Source of the DNA: Gemmatimonadota bacterium | GTDB lineage: Bacteria; Gemmatimonadota; Gemmatimonadetes; Palauibacterales; Palauibacteraceae | Length of the DNA stretch: 64,000 nucleotides | Assembly: GCA_036476995.1 (NCBI GenBank) | Contig: JAZGCO010000011.1 | Span: 3,706-67,705, forward strand | Direction: 5' to 3' | Position numbers and translations under genes: made by a program | The notes under the pieces: model-generated | Told to the model about the DNA's origin: nothing | Seen by the model: the letters and a program-made list of their open reading frames with translations, nothing else | Database searches by the model: none | Shown: piece by piece, positions 1-7,710 of the stretch | Numbering within the stretch: the first letter of the stretch is position 1 | Layout: each line of letters begins with the position of its first letter

Positions 1-1087
1 ACTGTACTTCAGCGACATGTTGGGTAACCGCGCGCTTTCGACGAGCTTCAACGTCAACACCCAGAATGGCGATCTTCTGCGCAGTTCGAGCGTCGTCGTC
101 GGGTATCAGAACCTTTCGAACCGCTGGAACTGGGGCATTCAGGGCGGGCAGATCCCGTTCGTCACGACGGGATTTGTACGGGGAACGGGGACCCTAAACG
201 GCCAGCCCGTATTGGTCGAGGAGCTACAGCGTTTCTACCAGATCAATCGTCAGATCACCGGAACCCTGGCGTATCCGTTCAATAGATCTCAGAGGGTGGA
301 ATTCAGCGCGGGGCTGCGTAACATCGATTTCGCGGCCGAAGTCGAGCAAAGGCTGTTCGATCCGGTCACCCTCCAGCTGATCTCGCGAGAGACGTTCGAT
401 CTCCCGTCCGATACGCTACCCTCGATCAACCTGGCGACGGGCGCGGCCGCGCTGGTGTACGACAACGCGCTGTTTGGCGGCACCGGTCCGATCCTGGGGC
501 AGAGGTACCGGCTCGAGGTGTCGCCGAATTTCGGCACCCTGAACTACGTGAATCTCCTGGGCGATTTTCGGAAGTATTTCATGCCCACCCGGCCCCTGAC
601 CATTGCCTTCCGCGGACTCACGTTTGGACGCTATGGCGCCGACGGCGAGGACCCGAGGCTACGGCCGCTGTACGTGGGATTCCCGAGCCTGGTGCGCGGC
701 TACGACGACTCCTCGTTCGACATCTCCGAATGTGGCGAGACGTTCGGTACGACCGGCGCCTGCCCGGTGTTTGATCAGCTGTTCGGAAGCCGCCTGGCCC
801 TGATCAACGCGGAGGCCCGGCTGCCTCTGCTGGGCGGATTCGGACTCATACCGTCTGGTGCGATTCCGCCGATCGAAGCCATTGCGTTCTTCGACGCCGG
901 TGTGGCCTGGTTCCGGGGCGAGACTCCGGATGTGTTCGGCGGAGACCGGAACACGGTGAGCAGCTACGGAGTCGGATTGCGGTTCAACCTGCTTGGGCTC
1001 GCGATCGCGGAAGTGGATTTCGTCCACCCCAACGATCGGCCAGACAAGGGTTGGTTCTGGGACTTCGTGTTCCGTCCGGCATTCTGA
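1..1087 (+). CDS. Outer-membrane beta-barrel protein, Omp85/BamA-like surface-antigen family, C-terminal part (5' end lies outside the window)
   Basis: The reading frame is open from the window edge (track ORF 17..1087 has no upstream in-frame stop). It shows an amphipathic beta-strand pattern with Gly/aromatic-rich turns. The C-terminal ...GVGLRFNLLGLAIAEVDFVHPNDRPDKGWFWDFVFRPAF ends in an aromatic Phe, typical of OMP beta-barrel signatures. Confidence 0.45.
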   Translation, partial: LYFSDMLGNRALSTSFNVNTQNGDLLRSSSVVVGYQNLSNRWNWGIQGGQIPFVTTGFVRGTGTLNGQPVLVEELQRFYQINRQITGTLAYPFNRSQRVEFSAGLRNIDFAAEVEQRLFDPVTLQLISRETFDLPSDTLPSINLATGAAALVYDNALFGGTGPILGQRYRLEVSPNFGTLNYVNLLGDFRKYFMPTRPLTIAFRGLTFGRYGADGEDPRLRPLYVGFPSLVRGYDDSSFDISECGETFGTTGACPVFDQLFGSRLALINAEARLPLLGGFGLIPSGAIPPIEAIAFFDAGVAWFRGETPDVFGGDRNTVSSYGVGLRFNLLGLAIAEVDFVHPNDRPDKGWFWDFVFRPAF

Positions 1088-1099
1088 TCCAGCGAGACT

Positions 1100-1445
1100 G
1101 ATGCGACTGGTCTTCCGCTGGCTCGGAAATGCGGCGGCCCTCTATGTGACGGCCAGCATCGTGCCTGGGATCCACGTGGGGGACCTCGAAACGCTGCTCG
1201 TGGCGGCGCTCGTCATCGGTCTGGTCAATGCGATCGTGAAACCGGTAGCGAAATTCGTCTCGTTTCCGCTCACCGTGCTCACCCTCGGTCTGTTCTATCT
1301 GGTGGTGAACGGGGCCATGTTCGCCCTGGCGGCTAGACTCACTCCCGGGTTTGAACTGGAGAGCTTCAGGGCCGCCGTGCTCGGTGCGATCGTCATGTCG
1401 CTTGTCGGGATGCTCTTACACACCGTGGTGAAGAAGAATGACTAA
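1100..1445 (+). CDS. DUF360 / phage holin family 4-like small membrane protein (YvlD-like)
   Basis: About 115 aa from ATG at 1100 (MRLVFRWLGNAAALYVTASIVPGI...). It has four hydrophobic segments and the ...AIVKPVAKFVSFPLTVLTLGLFYLVVNGAMFALAA motif typical of the Phage_holin_4_2/DUF360 family. The track ORF starts earlier at 993, but that N-terminal extension overlaps the preceding gene. Confidence 0.55.
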
Positions 1446-1887
1446 CGCCCGGCGAAGTAGGGGTTGGCGCCGGACGCATGGTCGGTGACGTCCTGTACGT
1501 CGGCCAGCTCCCGGACCGACTCGAGCAACATCTTCCGGACTCCCTGGGTGAGCGTCACGCTCGCCATGCCGCACCCCTGGCACCCGCCGCTCATCTGCAC
1601 ATACGCGGTGTCGCCGCGCACGCGACGTGGAAGCCGCTTCCTGTTTCGGACTCGACCCAGTCGATCGAGGCTCCCTCGAGCATAGCCACGCTGTCAGCCG
1701 GGATCACAAGTTCAATATCGCCGAGATGGACACACCGGTCGTCAGGAGCCTGTTCCCACCGTTCGATGATCGACAGTTCGAACCGTGGCGCCAGCGGGCT
1801 GGAGTCGAGAACGGAAACGCGGAGGGAAAGGTCCTGGCCTTCTGCGGCGAGAAAATCGAGCGCCCGAATCCGGGCGTCTTCGCTCAT
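1442..1887 (-). pseudogene. nfuA: NfuA-type Fe-S cluster biogenesis protein (degenerate A-type N-domain plus Nfu C-domain) with an apparent 1-nt frameshift between the domains
   Basis: The N-terminal part MSEDARIRALDFLAAEGQDLSLRVSV...IDWVESETGSGFHV (track ORF 1591..1980, start refined to ATG at 1887 with a GGAGGG RBS) matches the NfuA N-domain. The Nfu domain RGDTAYVQMSGGCQGCGMASVTLTQGVRKMLLESVRELADVQDVTDHASGANPYFAGR* (GGCxGC motif) is encoded in a different frame of the same strand, down to a stop at 1442. The frames switch near 1615-1625, in a gcgcgcg context. Confidence 0.6.
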
Positions 1888-1898
1888 GACGATCACGC

Positions 1899-2810
1899 TC
1901 ACCCTCCTACCATCGCCCGCATGACGAACGCCAGGTTCGCCGGACGCTCCGCCATACGCCGCATGAAATAAGAATACCACTGCGCGCCGTACGGTACATA
2001 AATCCGCATCGCATAGCCCTGCGCCACGAGCCGCCGCTGATAGTCCCTCCGCACCCCGTACAACATTTGAAGCTCGAACGTGTCAGGTGGGATCCCCTGC
2101 TTGTCCGCGAAAGCCAGAGTGGCATCGATCATCCGCTCGTCGTGCGATGCGATCCCGGTCGGGTTCCCACCGTCCAGCAGCATCTGCATCAGCCGAACGT
2201 AGCTGGCATCGACCTCCATCCTGGACTGAAACGCGATTTCCGCAGGCTCGTTATAGGCTCCTTTGCATAGCCGGATCGGAGCTCCGAGGCGCACCAGTTC
2301 AGCTATGTCTGCTTCGGATCGGTGCAGGTATGCCTGGATGACCGTGCCCACGTTCTGGTGACGCTCATAGGCCCCCTTGAAGATTCGCAGGGTGGCCTCT
2401 GTATAGGCGGCGCCCTCCATGTCGATGCGAACAAAATTGCCGAACTCTCCGGCTCGCTGAACGATGCGCAGGAGGTTTTGAAAACAGAACTGTTCGTCGA
2501 TATTCAGCCCGAGCTGTGTGAGTTTCAACGAAATCGTCGTCTCAGCCGGGCTGCGGTCGATAGCGTCGAGGCTCGCTTCGTACTCGTTTGTGGCCGCCAC
2601 CGCTTCATCCCGATCGGCAACGCTCTCGCCGAGAAGATCCAGAGTGACGCGGAACCCGCCGCCGTTTAGCGCAGCCGCGGCCTCCAGGGCGTCCTCCTGC
2701 GAATCTCCGGCCACGAACCTCGTGGCGGCGCGCCGTCCCATCGGAAGGTGCAAAAGAAGGTTCTTCGTTTCCTCATGCTCGCTGAGGTAGAGAAGGGTGC
2801 GTTTCAGCAC
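1899..2810 (-). CDS. Proline dehydrogenase (monofunctional, PutB/FadM-like)
   Basis: 303 aa. It aligns along its length with Bacillus-type proline dehydrogenase (N-terminal ...LSEHEETKNLL...RRFVAGD, internal ...IDMEGAAYTE..., VIQAYL, C-terminal ...YVPYGAQWYSYFMRRMAERPANLAFV). Confidence 0.8.
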   Translation of the reverse strand: MLKRTLLYLSEHEETKNLLLHLPMGRRAATRFVAGDSQEDALEAAAALNGGGFRVTLDLLGESVADRDEAVAATNEYEASLDAIDRSPAETTISLKLTQLGLNIDEQFCFQNLLRIVQRAGEFGNFVRIDMEGAAYTEATLRIFKGAYERHQNVGTVIQAYLHRSEADIAELVRLGAPIRLCKGAYNEPAEIAFQSRMEVDASYVRLMQMLLDGGNPTGIASHDERMIDATLAFADKQGIPPDTFELQMLYGVRRDYQRRLVAQGYAMRIYVPYGAQWYSYFMRRMAERPANLAFVMRAMVGG

Positions 2811-3367
2811 GCGCGCAGATCCTCGATCGTGAACAGCGAGTGCACCGTCAGCCCCTCGCTCTCAATCCGCTCCCGGCCACCCTCCTGCCGGTCAATGGCG
2901 GCCAGGACAGCAAGAATCTCTGCTCCGGCCTCGCGCACTGCCGCGCAGGCCTCGAGAGCCGAACCCCCGGAAGTGATGACGTCTTCGATTACCACTACGG
3001 TTTGGCCCGGCTCGAAGCACCCTTCGATTCGGCGGCCGCGCCCGTGCTGCTTGGCCTGCTTGCGTACAGAGAACGCGTTAACGGGGCGGCCACGCCGCCA
3101 GCTCTCACCAGCGATCGCGTACGAGATCGGGTCGGCGCCCATGGTCAGCCCGCCCACGAGGTCAGGAGTGAGATCGGCTGCGAGCAGGGTATCCAGGCCC
3201 ACGGCTCCGACCAGAGCCTGGCCCTCAGCCTGCATAGTTGTGGTGCGGCAGTCCACGTAGAACCGGCTGTGCTTGCCGGACGCGAGGACAAAATCCCCCT
3301 CTCGAAACGAGCGCTCCGCGAACAGCCGGCAGAGTCTTTGCCTGGACTCGAGCTCGTCCTTGCTCAC
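2804..3367 (-). CDS. pyrE: Orotate phosphoribosyltransferase
   Basis: About 187 aa. It carries the PRTase motifs ...FVLASGKHSRFYVDCR... and VVVIEDVITSGGSALEA (PRPP-binding loop). I place the start at GTG 3367 (VSKDELE...), overlapping the fur stop in GTGA. The track ORF begins at an upstream M (3397), which would overlap fur by 34 nt. Confidence 0.8.
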   Translation of the reverse strand: MSKDELESRQRLCRLFAERSFREGDFVLASGKHSRFYVDCRTTTMQAEGQALVGAVGLDTLLAADLTPDLVGGLTMGADPISYAIAGESWRRGRPVNAFSVRKQAKQHGRGRRIEGCFEPGQTVVVIEDVITSGGSALEACAAVREAGAEILAVLAAIDRQEGGRERIESEGLTVHSLFTIEDLRAC

Positions 3368-3795
3368 AGGCTGCTGTCCGACGCGCAGGCCGGGCACACG
3401 CCATAGATCTTGAGCTGCCGGCTGATGGCCTCGAAGCCGTGCTGGCCGGAGACGTCCGCCTGGAGGCTCTCCAGCGCCGGGTGTTGAAACTCGGTAACGG
3501 TCCCGCAGGAGGTGCAGATCAGGTGATCATGGTGAGCGACTCCCGCTCGCATCTGGTACCGCTTGAACCCCTCGTCGAAATCGTGCTCCGTAGCGAGGCC
3601 TACCTCCACCAGGAGCCCGAGCGTCCGGTAGATCGTGGCCTTGCCGAGGTGCTCGCCGCGGGCTTGCAGTGCCACAGCCATCTCGTCCGCGGACAGATGA
3701 TCCGTCGATTCGAACAGGACCTGTGCGATGGCCTCCCGCTGCTGGGTGAACGGAACGCCGCGTTCCCGCAGTTGGCCGCGAAGAACTTGCATCAT
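3364..3795 (-). CDS. fur: Fur-family metal-responsive transcriptional regulator (Fur/Zur/PerR)
   Basis: It has a winged-helix N-terminus (RGVPFTQQREAIAQVLFESTDHLSADEMAVALQARGEHLGKATIYRTLGLL) and the metal-site motifs HHDHLICTSCG and CPAC. The likely start is MMQVLRG at about 3795 (the track ORF extends to 3858). Confidence 0.75.
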   Translation of the reverse strand: MMQVLRGQLRERGVPFTQQREAIAQVLFESTDHLSADEMAVALQARGEHLGKATIYRTLGLLVEVGLATEHDFDEGFKRYQMRAGVAHHDHLICTSCGTVTEFQHPALESLQADVSGQHGFEAISRQLKIYGVCPACASDSSL

Positions 3796-3944
3796 GACGG
3801 CGGCACAGCCGAGCGGAGGGATCGTCTGTACCAGCAACGGTTGGGGCTGAAGTGTCACGAAACGCTTCCGTCTCAGATTTCAGGCAAAGTCACCGAATAG
3901 CGCGGTGCTCTCTCATTCTCAACCGCTTGAGATTAACAGTGTTG

Positions 3945-4796
3945 TCAACCCTCAGCAGCCCGAAACCGGGTGGAAATCTGTCGAAGCAGGCGGTCGTCCG
4001 GAGAAGAGGCGCGCGGCGTCAGATGACGATCCGAGAACAGATTCAAAGCCTGTCTAATGGAGACGAAAGCGTCGGCGGCGCCTCGGTAGACCTTCTCCAT
4101 AACGTCATTTTGAATCTGGGGTGATCGCGCGGCCGTAGCGTAGGCGCTGCGCCCAACGCTCTCGTAGTAATCCAGTCCCGGTCCTCCACGCCGGTGGCGG
4201 CGGGCCACGATGTAATCGGGGAACAGTCCGCTCAACCACAGCGAATAGTTGCCGAGATGCACACGAAGCTGGAAAGCCTTGGGGTCAGGGGACTTATCGA
4301 TCTCGGCCAGGATATCTACCAGATATCGATACTCAGTTCCATCCGTGCCCGGCGCCAGATAGGCCCGATTGCCGGTCCCGAAGTCGAGTAGCAGCGCCGT
4401 GAAATAATCGGCCAGCATGCGATCCTGCACGTCGGCTTCACGCAGAGCGTGGCGCACCAGCACGTACAGGGCGAGACGCGGCGGTACGAGACTGATGCCT
4501 GCCGGCGGGCCCTCGAGAATGCACCGCACGACTCGGGGGTCGTCGAGCAAACCATCTATCCCACGGTCGCTTAGCTGCTCCTCATGATGCCGGGCCCCCT
4601 GGAGATCGAATTCTCTCAGGGCGCTCAGGAGCCACGCTGCCTCGGCGCGTCCAAACGACATTCGCACGTTGGGCTGGACCATCTGCGACCCTCCCGGCCG
4701 GTGAGCGACGACCTTGCGTCTGAGTTGGCTTGGAACATCTTCCCCACCTGTGGAAACAACCGTGGTGCAACCTTTGGTCCAACTTGGGTCCTCCAT
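3945..4796 (-). CDS. Hypothetical protein (no recognisable family), located directly upstream of fur
   Basis: Long ORF with codon usage matching its neighbours, divergent from the DUF192 gene. A downstream alternative start is possible (MVQPNVRMSF..., about 4682). I recognise no domain. Confidence 0.4.
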   Translation of the reverse strand: MEDPSWTKGCTTVVSTGGEDVPSQLRRKVVAHRPGGSQMVQPNVRMSFGRAEAAWLLSALREFDLQGARHHEEQLSDRGIDGLLDDPRVVRCILEGPPAGISLVPPRLALYVLVRHALREADVQDRMLADYFTALLLDFGTGNRAYLAPGTDGTEYRYLVDILAEIDKSPDPKAFQLRVHLGNYSLWLSGLFPDYIVARRHRRGGPGLDYYESVGRSAYATAARSPQIQNDVMEKVYRGAADAFVSIRQALNLFSDRHLTPRASSPDDRLLRQISTRFRAAEG

Positions 4797-4818
4797 GGAC
4801 CGGCAGGAAAGAGTGTAG

Positions 4819-5364
4819 ATGAACGACGTGAGACATAACGTACGAGCTGGATTCTTTGCGACGCTGGTGGTGATGGGGTGTCAGGGACGGCCGGGAGAGA
4901 CCTCCAACGGTGCCTCGGGCTCGGCGAGCGCCGTCGTACCGGTGGCCGCCGTGGACACGCCAGACACGGGGGATTGTCCGGTTCCCAAGATAAATCCGTC
5001 CACTGGCGAAGTCGTGCGCTCGGTCCCTCTCATTGTGGGCCCGGCCGCCGCGACGGCAGAGCTGGCCGATTCGCCCCGTCTACGCGAGGTCGGCCTGATG
5101 CAACGGACCTGCCTGCCCGCAGATCACGGGATGCTGTTCGTGTACTCCGATGAGGGAATTCGCCAGTTTTGGATGCGAAATACAAACATAGCGCTGGACA
5201 TAGCGTTCATGGACAAGAACCGCGTAATTCTCAATGTAGAGCAAATGAATCCACACACCGATTCGCTGCATGCATCGGCGGGTGCAGCAATGTATGCGCT
5301 CGAGATGAATCAAGACTGGTTTGCGAACAATCAGGTTGCAGTCGGCGACCGGATGAAGTTCTGA
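4819..5364 (+). CDS. DUF192 (COG1430) family secreted/lipoprotein
   Basis: N-terminal signal-like segment with Cys (ATLVVMGC). The C-terminal ...GMLFVYSDEGIRQFWMRNTNIALDIAFMDKNRVIL...MYALEMNQDWF matches the conserved DUF192 core. Confidence 0.6.
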   Translation: MNDVRHNVRAGFFATLVVMGCQGRPGETSNGASGSASAVVPVAAVDTPDTGDCPVPKINPSTGEVVRSVPLIVGPAAATAELADSPRLREVGLMQRTCLPADHGMLFVYSDEGIRQFWMRNTNIALDIAFMDKNRVILNVEQMNPHTDSLHASAGAAMYALEMNQDWFANNQVAVGDRMKF

Positions 5365-5386
5365 CCTAGCCCAGATCGGACTGCCC

Positions 5387-6784
5387 ATGTCTGAGTTTCG
5401 GGAAGAAAAAGATTCGATGGGACCTGTTCAGATTCCGTCCGAGATGCTGTACGGTGCGCAGACGGAGCGAGCCCGCCAGAACTTCCAGATCAGCCGCCAG
5501 CGGTTCGAGCGACCGTTTCTGAGGGCGCTTGGAGTCATCAAGCGGTCGGCCGCCGAGGTGAACCGGGAGCTTGGACTGCTCGAGTCTTCACTGGCCGACG
5601 CGATCGTGGCGGCGGCAGACGAGCTGATCGATGGCGCTTTGGATGAGCACTTCGTGCTCGACATCTTCCAGACGGGTTCGGGAACCTCCACCAACATGAA
5701 CGCCAATGAGGTGCTGGCGAACCGGGCCATTCAGAGCCTGGGCGGCGAAATCGGATCCCGGAGCCCGGTGCATCCCAACGACCATGTAAACCTCGGCCAG
5801 TCCAGCAATGACGTCATTCCGACCGCTGTCCACGTGTCCGCCAAGGTAGCGGTCGAGCGCGAACTCGTGCCGGCGCTCCGCGAGCTACGCGATGCTCTGG
5901 CCGACAAGGCACGCGAGTTCGATGACGTGGCCAAGGCGGGCCGTACGCACCTTCAGGACGCGACGCCGGTTCGTCTGGGTCAGGTGTTCGGAGGCTACGC
6001 CAGTCAAGTTGAACACGGCATGGCGCGCCTGGAGTCCACCCGCAAGTCGCTCGGAGAGCTGGCCATCGGTGGTACTGCCGTGGGAACCGGGATCAATACG
6101 CATCCCGAATTCGGCGCACGAATGGCGCAGCGGATCAGCCAGCTTACGGGGGTCGAGTTCGTGGAAGCACAGAACCACTTCGAAGCCCAGGCGGCGCGAG
6201 ACGCGGCTGTCGAGCTAAGCGGAACTCTCAAGACGGTCGCCGTGAGTCTCACCAAGATCGCCAACGACATCCGGTGGCTGTCGTCCGGGCCTCGAACCGG
6301 AATCGGGGAGATTAACCTCCCGGCAGTTCAGCCCGGATCCTCGATTATGCCCGGCAAGGTCAATCCCGTCATGGCTGAGATGCTGTGTCAGGTGTGCGCC
6401 CAGGTCATCGGTAACGATGTGGCGGTGACTATTGGCGGACAGGCCGGAAACTTCGAGCTGAACGTCATGATCCCGGTGATCGTGCACAATCTGCTGGAGT
6501 CGATCGAGATTCTCACCAACGGAAGCCGGGCGTTTACCGAGAGGTGTGTGGTCGGGATAACGGCCAATCCGGAGCGGGCCAGACGTTTCGCTGAAACCAC
6601 AGCCGCCCTGGCGACGGTGCTCGCCCCCCGCATCGGCTATGACAAAGCGGCCGAAGTAGCCAAGCGGTCGGTCGCGGAAGACAAGACGCTGCGGGAGATC
6701 GCGCTCGAAATGGGTCTGTTGACCGAACAAGAGCTCGACGAACTGATCGATTTCCGAAAGATGACAGAGCCCGGTATTAGCTGA
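5387..6784 (+). CDS. fumC: Class II fumarate hydratase (fumarase C). The aspartase/fumarase superfamily is certain; aspartate ammonia-lyase is the alternative.
   Basis: 465 aa. It carries the GSSIMPGKVNPV superfamily signature, the FumC-like motifs FQTGSGTSTNMNANEVLANRA, GQSSNDVIPTAVH and KAGRTHLQDATPVRLGQ, and the C-terminal IGYDKAAEVAK. Confidence 0.8.
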   Translation: MSEFREEKDSMGPVQIPSEMLYGAQTERARQNFQISRQRFERPFLRALGVIKRSAAEVNRELGLLESSLADAIVAAADELIDGALDEHFVLDIFQTGSGTSTNMNANEVLANRAIQSLGGEIGSRSPVHPNDHVNLGQSSNDVIPTAVHVSAKVAVERELVPALRELRDALADKAREFDDVAKAGRTHLQDATPVRLGQVFGGYASQVEHGMARLESTRKSLGELAIGGTAVGTGINTHPEFGARMAQRISQLTGVEFVEAQNHFEAQAARDAAVELSGTLKTVAVSLTKIANDIRWLSSGPRTGIGEINLPAVQPGSSIMPGKVNPVMAEMLCQVCAQVIGNDVAVTIGGQAGNFELNVMIPVIVHNLLESIEILTNGSRAFTERCVVGITANPERARRFAETTAALATVLAPRIGYDKAAEVAKRSVAEDKTLREIALEMGLLTEQELDELIDFRKMTEPGIS

Positions 6785-6795
6785 CGCCGCGAGCG

Positions 6796-7710
6796 TCAAT
6801 TTGCCGCCAGCAGCGTCTCCGCGCTCGGAAGCAGGCGCGCTCCGGACCACTGCGCGAGTCCGAACGCCAGAGGCCGATCGCCCCGGCGCACCATGAACGA
6901 ACCGCTTTCCAGCTCCAGAAACAGCAGCGACAGCAGCGGCTTTGTCGCGGCCGATACGCGCCCGGCGGCATAGACGTCGAGCACGGCGTCCGGCCGATCG
7001 AAGTCTGCGGCCAGAACGGCGGAGTCGGGCGGGAATCCGCTGGCCAGCACCTGGGTGAGCGCCACCAGGACTCGATCCACCGCGGCCGAGTCGGCCGGCG
7101 CGCCGTCCACCATCCACTGTGCTCCCCTAACCAGCCGCACCTCGGAGTCTCCGCGCTTGACTACGATGGAACCGATCGTGGAGGTATCGATCTCGGCGAT
7201 CACGCGGTCGCGCCATCCCGTCGCGTCGCGGTCAGCAGCCTCCAGCGCCTCAGGGGGAACGGAATAGACTTCGTCCTGACCGGGTATCCTGACGAATCTT
7301 CCCGCGCTGCCCGTCTCCCCTAGCAGGAGAACGAGATCGGGGTTGTCCGGCGGGCCCAGCACCAGACGCCGTCCATTCTCGTCCGCGAGTCCCATGCGGG
7401 CGTGATTCGACGGATTCCGCGCCACCAGCACGCCGCGTGGGGCGGTGACGAGCGCCGCAACGGCCTGACTGACGAGGTCTGAATCAGCCGGAAACCCGTT
7501 CACCAGCCACCCGTCGTTCCACTCCACCCGGACGGAGTCGGCGGGATCGGGGCCGAGCACCCGGATTAAGGTCAACGGCTCCGCAGTTGCGGCCGAAATA
7601 TCGATGCCCCCTGTGTCACCCCGATTCCGGTCCAGGGCGCCAGTCACGAGCCAAGCAGCCAGCAGGCCGCCCAGCAGACCGAGAACCCACCGCAGCTGTT
7701 TCCAGCTCAT
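6796..7710 (-). CDS. DUF4340 domain protein, accessory component of the GldG-type ABC module
   Basis: N-terminal TM anchor (WVLGLLGGLLAAWLVTGAL). It overlaps the upstream GldG-like fusion gene by 4 nt. Its architecture and position after the ABC ATPase, permease and GldG-like genes are typical of DUF4340. Confidence 0.6.
   Translation of the reverse strand: MSWKQLRWVLGLLGGLLAAWLVTGALDRNRGDTGGIDISAATAEPLTLIRVLGPDPADSVRVEWNDGWLVNGFPADSDLVSQAVAALVTAPRGVLVARNPSNHARMGLADENGRRLVLGPPDNPDLVLLLGETGSAGRFVRIPGQDEVYSVPPEALEAADRDATGWRDRVIAEIDTSTIGSIVVKRGDSEVRLVRGAQWMVDGAPADSAAVDRVLVALTQVLASGFPPDSAVLAADFDRPDAVLDVYAAGRVSAATKPLLSLLFLELESGSFMVRRGDRPLAFGLAQWSGARLLPSAETLLAAN

Noticed and set aside
3859-3944. 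Fur box upstream of fur
   Set aside because: A TTGACAACACTGTTAATC element is present, but it matches the 19-bp Fur consensus (GATAATGATAATCATTATC) only weakly. I treat it as a generic -35 region.
5150-5364. Local GC drop in the 3' half of the DUF192 gene as a sign of horizontal transfer
   Set aside because: The stretch is short (about 200 nt) and inside a single gene with otherwise native context. It carries no flanking repeats or mobility genes. It is likely compositional noise.
6215-7117. 300-aa antisense ORF that is Arg/Gly/Ala-rich. Similar long antisense ORFs occur at 8247..8936, 22828..23733, 23808..24668 and 43517..44377.
   Set aside because: These are typical high-GC antisense open frames lying entirely inside well-supported genes (fumC/DUF4340, the permease, uvrA, copA). 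They have low-complexity composition and no motifs.
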